A stretch of DNA of 64,000 bases, from assembly GCA_944380305.1 (NCBI GenBank), contig CALWHF010000002.1, forward strand, positions 105,154 to 169,153, in the 5' to 3' direction. Below the pieces are notes generated by a model that was not told the DNA's origin, made no database searches, and worked only from the letters and a program-made list of their open reading frames with translations. The first letter of the stretch is position 1. Each line of letters opens with the position of its first letter. Positions 59,300-64,000 of this stretch are shown piece by piece. Position numbers and translations under genes: made by a program. Source of the DNA: an uncultured Christensenellaceae bacterium (GTDB taxonomy: Bacteria > Bacillota > Clostridia > Christensenellales > UBA3700).

Positions 59300-59542
59300 T
59301 TGACCATTTGCCAAGCTGTAGCTAAACGCACAAATCAACTTTTAATAGAAAGAAAAATGAGTCAATATCGATTAGAACAAAATTCTGGCATTCAGCACGG
59401 AACCATGAACAGCATCATGAGTGCTAAAAATAAAGGCATTGAGCTCAATACAGTTATGATGATCGCCAGAGGTTTCAATATGACCATAATTGAATTTTTA
59501 GACAATCCTATATTTTCATCTGAATCTTTGGAAATAGAATAA
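59300..59542 (+). CDS. XRE-family helix-turn-helix regulator
   Basis: TTG start after AAGAGGTG. LLIERKMSQYRLEQNSGIQHGTMNSIMSAKNKGIELNTVMMIARGFNMTIIEFL. Confidence 0.72.
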   Translation: MTICQAVAKRTNQLLIERKMSQYRLEQNSGIQHGTMNSIMSAKNKGIELNTVMMIARGFNMTIIEFLDNPIFSSESLEIE

Positions 59543-59550
59543 AGAATTTT

Positions 59551-59580
59551 AAGCCGCCCTGCTTTCGCAAGACGGCTTTT
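59551..59580. terminator. Bidirectional terminator between convergent genes
   Basis: AAGCCG...CGGCTT hairpin with a T-run (plus strand) and an A-run (minus strand). Confidence 0.5.
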
Positions 59581-59584
59581 AATA

Positions 59585-59869
59585 TTATTTGATATAATAC
59601 TCTTTGTCGCCAACTGTAATTTTGTTACCGATTACAATTGGGCTTTCATTTGCATATGCCTGAATGGTGATTTTGTCCGTATCGGGTGTGATTTTAGGTA
59701 TATTGCCTTCTTCAAAGCTGTCTTCTTTGCTTACGGCTATTACTTTGAAGCCTTTGGATACCATATATGCCGAAAACTCCCAGAGTTTTTCGAACTTGCC
59801 GTTGCTATCCGCGATAACGGATAAATCTTCTGCGGGGTGATATGCTGTGATTCTGTAATAATTTGCCAT
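59585..59869 (-). CDS. Hypothetical protein
   Basis: 94-aa ORF with coding-like composition, in a co-oriented gene string. Confidence 0.5.
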   Translation of the reverse strand: MANYYRITAYHPAEDLSVIADSNGKFEKLWEFSAYMVSKGFKVIAVSKEDSFEEGNIPKITPDTDKITIQAYANESPIVIGNKITVGDKEYYIK

Positions 59870-59884
59870 TTTGGTTTCCTCCTG

Positions 59885-60175
59885 TCAACGGTATCTTTTG
59901 AATAAATATTTTGTAACAAGTCCCTGTATCGGATAGACTCTGTCTTTATCAAAAGGGACTATTGTTTCTGCTAATTCGTAATGGTAAGCAGTTTTTGCAA
60001 CGAAAGCTACGCATTTATAGCCTTCTACTTCTATTATCACATAATTGTCCAGATCGTCAGATTGAACAAAATATGCAAGAACGTTTCTTGCCTTTTCTGC
60101 TTGCTCTGCCAAGGCGGGGTGATCATTCTTAAACTGTGAAACGGTATAAATGTTATCCAGATAGTTTTTCATCAT
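59885..60175 (-). CDS. Hypothetical protein
   Basis: 96-aa ORF, tightly packed with its neighbours. Confidence 0.5.
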   Translation of the reverse strand: MMKNYLDNIYTVSQFKNDHPALAEQAEKARNVLAYFVQSDDLDNYVIIEVEGYKCVAFVAKTAYHYELAETIVPFDKDRVYPIQGLVTKYLFKRYR

Positions 60176-60183
60176 AATTCTCC

Positions 60184-61500
60184 TTATGCTATGTTTTTAA
60201 TACTTCTTTTTGCATGCGGCAGCCATATCTTGTTGACATAGCGCAATATGTCGTCGCTCGGTTTGCTGTCATGATCCCCGTAGCATTGAAGGACCTTGCG
60301 TTCTTTCACGGAATATTCAATCGTGACCAACGGCGTATCCGGTTCCTGCCTGTTTCGGATAAAAAATATCAGCGATTCTTCTCTGACAAACCGCTGATCG
60401 TAATTCATTCTGCCTACGCAATGATGCAAAACCTCTCCTTCTCGGATAAGATCCGTCGGGCTTTTAGCTATAATGCAGACAAACGCGCTTTTCTTTGAGT
60501 GTTCGAGAGGGGTATACTTTTGCGCGATCTCTGCAAATTTCTCATAGAGTTCTTTACGTTTTTCTTCGTCTTCAAGTGTCTTTTGAGTAGCGTATTCGTC
60601 TGTCCGTATATCGTGCCAACGCTTAAAGTCGTGCGGCAACAAATTCTTTTCCTTCGTCAGATCCAAGCTGAGATATTTACAAGCCTTTATGTAGTCGCAA
60701 TAACTGCTTATATTAGTCTTCTGTTTTGCAATATAGTCAAAGAATCTTTCAAGATCTTTACCCTTGAAAAGTTCCTTTATTTCATCTTTGTGGCTATCCG
60801 TACGGAGCGCTAATTTTGCCTGCCTGTATGCTTGCAGACTTGCGATATCCTTACCTGTCCGATACGCTCTTATGATGACGTCGATATAGCAATGCGAATC
60901 GAGTATTTGTTGTTTATTGCGTATCAACCATTTGCAGAAGGCTTTGTCTTTCGCGGTCAGCTTTAATATCATTTTGCTTTGAGCGATACGCGCAAAACCG
61001 AGTTTGATAAGAAGTTCGATTTGCGGATATTGTCTGTAAAGACGAAGATAATGCAGTACATCGCAGCCTTGATATACGTCATATGCGCTGAATCTGAATT
61101 CCGGCATCTTCGTCACGAACTCTCCGTTTACTATGTATGCCCACGGGTCGTACGCTTTATCTGCAGCCGTGTACCAATTCGAGTCCTCAAACCATTTCTG
61201 CCTGGGCTGAATACCCATATCGTGCCAGCCTATGCTGTAACCCGTTGCAAGATAACTGTTGTATTCCATATCCTTTACAACGCATTTTTCGGAGTCTATG
61301 CCGTGAACGGCAACCTGTTTGCAGTACCACTTCTTTTTGTGGTTTTTAACCGCAACGGTTACTTTGACAAGCTCTTTGCTCCATATTGCAAGATAGGCGT
61401 AAAATCTGACGTGTCCGTCTTGTGCCTCGTACTTTTTCAAGTCCGTTTTGCGTATCTTTTCAATCATATATTTCGGAATGCTCTTAACGTATTTAATCAT
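60184..61500 (-). CDS. PcfJ-like protein (conjugative-element accessory)
   Basis: 438 aa. C-terminal EGEVLHHCVGRMNYDQRF... resembles the PcfJ family recalled from pCF10-type elements. Confidence 0.6.
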   Translation of the reverse strand: MIKYVKSIPKYMIEKIRKTDLKKYEAQDGHVRFYAYLAIWSKELVKVTVAVKNHKKKWYCKQVAVHGIDSEKCVVKDMEYNSYLATGYSIGWHDMGIQPRQKWFEDSNWYTAADKAYDPWAYIVNGEFVTKMPEFRFSAYDVYQGCDVLHYLRLYRQYPQIELLIKLGFARIAQSKMILKLTAKDKAFCKWLIRNKQQILDSHCYIDVIIRAYRTGKDIASLQAYRQAKLALRTDSHKDEIKELFKGKDLERFFDYIAKQKTNISSYCDYIKACKYLSLDLTKEKNLLPHDFKRWHDIRTDEYATQKTLEDEEKRKELYEKFAEIAQKYTPLEHSKKSAFVCIIAKSPTDLIREGEVLHHCVGRMNYDQRFVREESLIFFIRNRQEPDTPLVTIEYSVKERKVLQCYGDHDSKPSDDILRYVNKIWLPHAKRSIKNIA

Positions 61501-61503
61501 GTT

Positions 61504-62424
61504 TCACCTCACTATAAAACAGTCGCCGAGTATCTTTCTCAGCTTGCTTATAATTTCGTCTTGCGGTTCAGAGATTACTTCTCCCGTCTCTGCATTTATA
61601 ACATCAGTTTCGTTAGGATAAGTATGTATACTGCTGTCTGATTCGATTACCGCAAGTTTATGCGTTTCAAGTATCTTTTTGAAATACATGTCCGCAGAAT
61701 GGTACGGAACTCCCGTCATAGGAACACGGTTTTCAAGCCCGCAGTCGCGTCCTGTCAAAGTCAGGTCGCAAAGCACCGACGTAACCTTTGCGCTGTTGTC
61801 GAAAAACTCGTAAAAGTCTCCGAGCCTGTACGCTACAATGCTGTCGGGGTATTGATTCTGAACCTTGGTATAAATTTTGTAAAACGACGGAACCTGACGG
61901 TCAGTTTGCTTACTCTCTTGCTTTTCGCCTTCGGCGAGTTCTGCAAGCATTTCGTTGATTTCATCCTGAGTGGGCGGTTCTTCTTTGTCTTCTTCGTTTT
62001 CGTTCTCTTTCTCTTCCTTTTCCTCAAAATCGAACATGGATATTTGTGAAGTGCTCTTCTTTTGCTTAACAGTCTTAATTACGGGCTTGTCCGTAACCTT
62101 AGGCGCAGGCTTATATTCGCTTCCGTCCTCGTTGTACAGATTGCCTTCTATCGCGTCTTCTTCGAAATAATGCACAGCCCAGCCGTACACTACTTTATCT
62201 TCTACGCAAGCCGAATTTGCGCCATTGGAGGCAAGTTTCCTCGCCTCGCTTGACGCATATTTCATAAATCCGTCCAACGTCTTTTTGTTTATCAGCGTTT
62301 TGCCGTCTTTTTCGATACGGACTCCGCTATTGATTTTCTCTGCCAGGACTTCGCTTGCGTTCTCTTCGAGATATGCCTTTACGAGTTCCTGTTCCTTTGT
62401 TTTAGCTTCAAGATTAAGTTTCAT
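61504..62424 (-). CDS. PcfK-like N-terminal domain fused to a MutS domain-I (mismatch-binding) homolog
   Basis: The C-terminal PSFYKIYTKVQNQYPDSIVAYRLGDFYEFFDNSAKVTSVLCDLTLTGRD...VPMTGVPYHSADMYFKKILETHKLAVIE aligns by eye with the MutS N-terminus (TPMMQQY..K...P..ILFFRMGDFYELF..DA......L.I.LT.R......PMAGVPYHA...Y...L). An acidic linker lies in the middle. Confidence 0.7.
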   Translation of the reverse strand: MKLNLEAKTKEQELVKAYLEENASEVLAEKINSGVRIEKDGKTLINKKTLDGFMKYASSEARKLASNGANSACVEDKVVYGWAVHYFEEDAIEGNLYNEDGSEYKPAPKVTDKPVIKTVKQKKSTSQISMFDFEEKEEKENENEEDKEEPPTQDEINEMLAELAEGEKQESKQTDRQVPSFYKIYTKVQNQYPDSIVAYRLGDFYEFFDNSAKVTSVLCDLTLTGRDCGLENRVPMTGVPYHSADMYFKKILETHKLAVIESDSSIHTYPNETDVINAETGEVISEPQDEIISKLRKILGDCFIVR

Positions 62425-62434
62425 TTTTGCCTCC

Positions 62435-62809
62435 TTAAAACGGTAAATCTTTCAGCAGTCTCGCCACGGTATTATCCAGCTTTTCAAGCGTGGTATAGTT
62501 GTTGAAACCGCCTCTGTAATCCACTTCGTTTTTTGCCGTGCGGACGAGTATGTGGCTGTACCACTCGTTGGAAAAATATCTTACGTCGCTGATTGACAGG
62601 TAAACACACTTATTTTCCGAACTCTTGATGAATGCCGAAAAGCAGTAATGGCTTTTGCTTACGTTAACAAGCTCCCAATGGTTTTCTTTGCACATCGTTT
62701 TCAGATAATTTATGTACTTTGTCTGAAAGGATTTGTAATCTTCGCCCGTATAGCATCCGGACGAAAATTCGTAATCTATGTACTTCTTAAGGTCGTTGAG
62801 TTTTGCCAT
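62435..62809 (-). CDS. Hypothetical protein
   Basis: 124-aa ORF in the co-oriented string. Confidence 0.5.
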   Translation of the reverse strand: MAKLNDLKKYIDYEFSSGCYTGEDYKSFQTKYINYLKTMCKENHWELVNVSKSHYCFSAFIKSSENKCVYLSISDVRYFSNEWYSHILVRTAKNEVDYRGGFNNYTTLEKLDNTVARLLKDLPF

Positions 62810-62829
62810 ATTTCAGTTCTCCTTTGCTT

Positions 62830-63438
62830 TCAATCCCAGCCCTTTTCTTTGAATATAGGCTTTATCTCTTCATACTTGACGGGATAATAATCCTCTATGC
62901 TTATAACGTCATAAGCCCATGTGCCTACAAGGCTGTAAGTAGTGTCGTCTGTCGGGGCGCTGAAATCTCCTCCGCCCAATCCGTTTCCTAAACAGGTCAT
63001 GATCGGCAAAGGGTGTATGCACCAATCGCCGTGAAAGACGTTCCTCTTGTAGTATTGAGAGCAGTCGATATATTGCAGTTTTGTGTGATTTACGATAAAC
63101 TTGCCCGTGAGATTGAGCATTGACATTTCTATTTCGTTGTTTTTCAAGCCTTTGCGCCATGTCTTTTTGTAGAGTTTCGCAAGCAATTTTTCCGAATATC
63201 CGTTGATACCGCCAGGGTATCTTTTTATGTAATCGTTTGCGTAATCGCCCATCCAGACGACTCTTCTTCTCTTCTTATACAGTGTTCTGCAGAACGAATC
63301 CACAAAAGCGTTGCCCCACCACGAATGTTCCATGAGTTTAGCCATCGTATATTCTGCTTTGCCGTTGATTATGATACTGCGGTCGTAGACCTTGCTTCTC
63401 TTTCCCGTCGTGGTTAATACCTTATAATACTGTCCCAT
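62830..63438 (-). CDS. Hypothetical protein
   Basis: 202-aa ORF in the co-oriented string. Confidence 0.5.
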   Translation of the reverse strand: MGQYYKVLTTTGKRSKVYDRSIIINGKAEYTMAKLMEHSWWGNAFVDSFCRTLYKKRRRVVWMGDYANDYIKRYPGGINGYSEKLLAKLYKKTWRKGLKNNEIEMSMLNLTGKFIVNHTKLQYIDCSQYYKRNVFHGDWCIHPLPIMTCLGNGLGGGDFSAPTDDTTYSLVGTWAYDVISIEDYYPVKYEEIKPIFKEKGWD

Positions 63439-63451
63439 TGCGTTTTCCTCC

Positions 63452-63868
63452 TTATGCGATCCTTCTTATTCCGCCGCCGAAGCTTTGTACCGTTATGTTT
63501 CCGAACTCGCTGCACCAATCGTCGTCTTTATTCCATACATAAGCGAAAACCGTGTGTTTGTTCATGCTCGTATAAATAAGCGAATCCCACTCGTCGGGAT
63601 AGTTCGTTACGATAAGAAAGTCGTAAAGCTCGCCCATGTCTGTTATCTCGTGCGTAACCGCATATACGGTACAACTGTACTTCTTTTCGAGTTCCTGCAT
63701 TTTCGCATAAAGTTCAGGCTCCTGGTCAATCCAGAAGCCTGCGAAACCTTCGTAAAAACACACTTTGTCTTTGTCCTCAAAGCCCTTTATATAAGGCTTG
63801 TAAATATCCATCTTTTTCAATATCTCGATTGCAACATCTTTTTTCGTTCTGTTTTCCGTATTATTCAT
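63452..63868 (-). CDS. Hypothetical protein
   Basis: 138-aa ORF in the co-oriented string. Confidence 0.5.
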   Translation of the reverse strand: MNNTENRTKKDVAIEILKKMDIYKPYIKGFEDKDKVCFYEGFAGFWIDQEPELYAKMQELEKKYSCTVYAVTHEITDMGELYDFLIVTNYPDEWDSLIYTSMNKHTVFAYVWNKDDDWCSEFGNITVQSFGGGIRRIA

Positions 63869-63880
63869 TTTCTTTTCTCC

Positions 63881-64000
63881 TTAATCGATAATTTCAATAA
63901 TTCCTCCGTCGTATTCTTCAGCCATATCGCCGTAAAAATGCCTTGCGTAAGCTTCAAAGTCTATGAAATCGCTTAACCTTTCCGGCACGTTTTCTTCTGT
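63881..64000 (-). CDS. C-terminal fragment of an ArdA-like antirestriction protein (gene starts beyond the window)
   Basis: Own translation: ...TEENVPERLSDFIDFEAYARHFYGDMAEEYDGGIIEIID*. The F/Y-ID-F/Y-EAY-xR-D/H pattern resembles ArdA C-termini. This is a weak call on 39 aa. Confidence 0.4.
   Translation of the reverse strand, partial: TEENVPERLSDFIDFEAYARHFYGDMAEEYDGGIIEIID

Larger units (their letters stand above)
26653..64000. mobile_element. Composite horizontally acquired region at the tRNA-Arg(CCT) locus, running off the window end
   Basis: Abrupt loss of the host GC-rich composition at the tRNA truncation point. Contains an integrase with excisionase-like genes, TA/defence cargo, a rolling-circle Rep module and conjugative-element accessory genes. 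The right boundary is not in the window. Confidence 0.7.

Noticed and set aside
60979-61641. 220-aa plus-strand ORF antisense to the PcfJ-like gene
   Set aside because: Shadow ORF. All convincing genes in 59.6-64 kb are on the minus strand and tightly packed.
63485-63976. 163-aa plus-strand ORF
   Set aside because: It lies antisense to two minus-strand genes and crosses their intergenic gap.

Overview
The window splits into two parts. Positions 1-26.6 kb are GC-rich, densely coded chromosome that looks like a Clostridia-type Firmicute. It carries a GH2 beta-galactosidase, leuCDB, mgsA, a GH29 fucosidase, the mrnC-thyX-rlmB-sigH cluster, an aminotransferase/FGGY-kinase/aldolase operon, split chrA, citrate synthase and others.

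At a tRNA-Arg(CCT) locus (about 26.6-26.9 kb) the composition changes abruptly. The rest of the window, 26.65 to beyond 64 kb, is a mosaic of horizontally acquired DNA in four blocks:
- (i) An AT-rich islet with a GHKL-ATPase/Shedu-like nuclease fusion and an AbiE toxin-antitoxin pair, followed by a tyrosine integrase with excisionase-like genes.
- (ii) A mid-GC, all-plus-strand module of about 9.5 kb. It sits behind a promoter with a perfect LexA box, encodes membrane proteins and a membrane P-loop NTPase, and ends in an HUH rolling-circle Rep. This could be an inovirus-like prophage or a small integrative element.
- (iii) A very AT-rich, all-minus-strand island of about 16 kb (43.1-59.2 kb).
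- (iv) Mid-GC accessory genes typical of conjugative elements (PcfJ-like, PcfK-like/MutS-domain-I fusion, ArdA-like fragment), running off the window.

The most interesting object is block (iii). It is an eight-gene, almost gap-free operon with a DISARM-like DrmA/DrmB core but no methyltransferase or PLD gene that I can recognise. The core is flanked by two paralogous GHKL-ATPase + SF1-helicase modules. The operon also carries a B12-domain-type radical SAM enzyme and a Tudor-like/beta-helix protein. I regard this as a candidate undescribed defence system or composite.

No rRNA genes, CRISPR arrays or transposase-type IS elements were seen. All family assignments come from motifs read in the translations, not from database searches.
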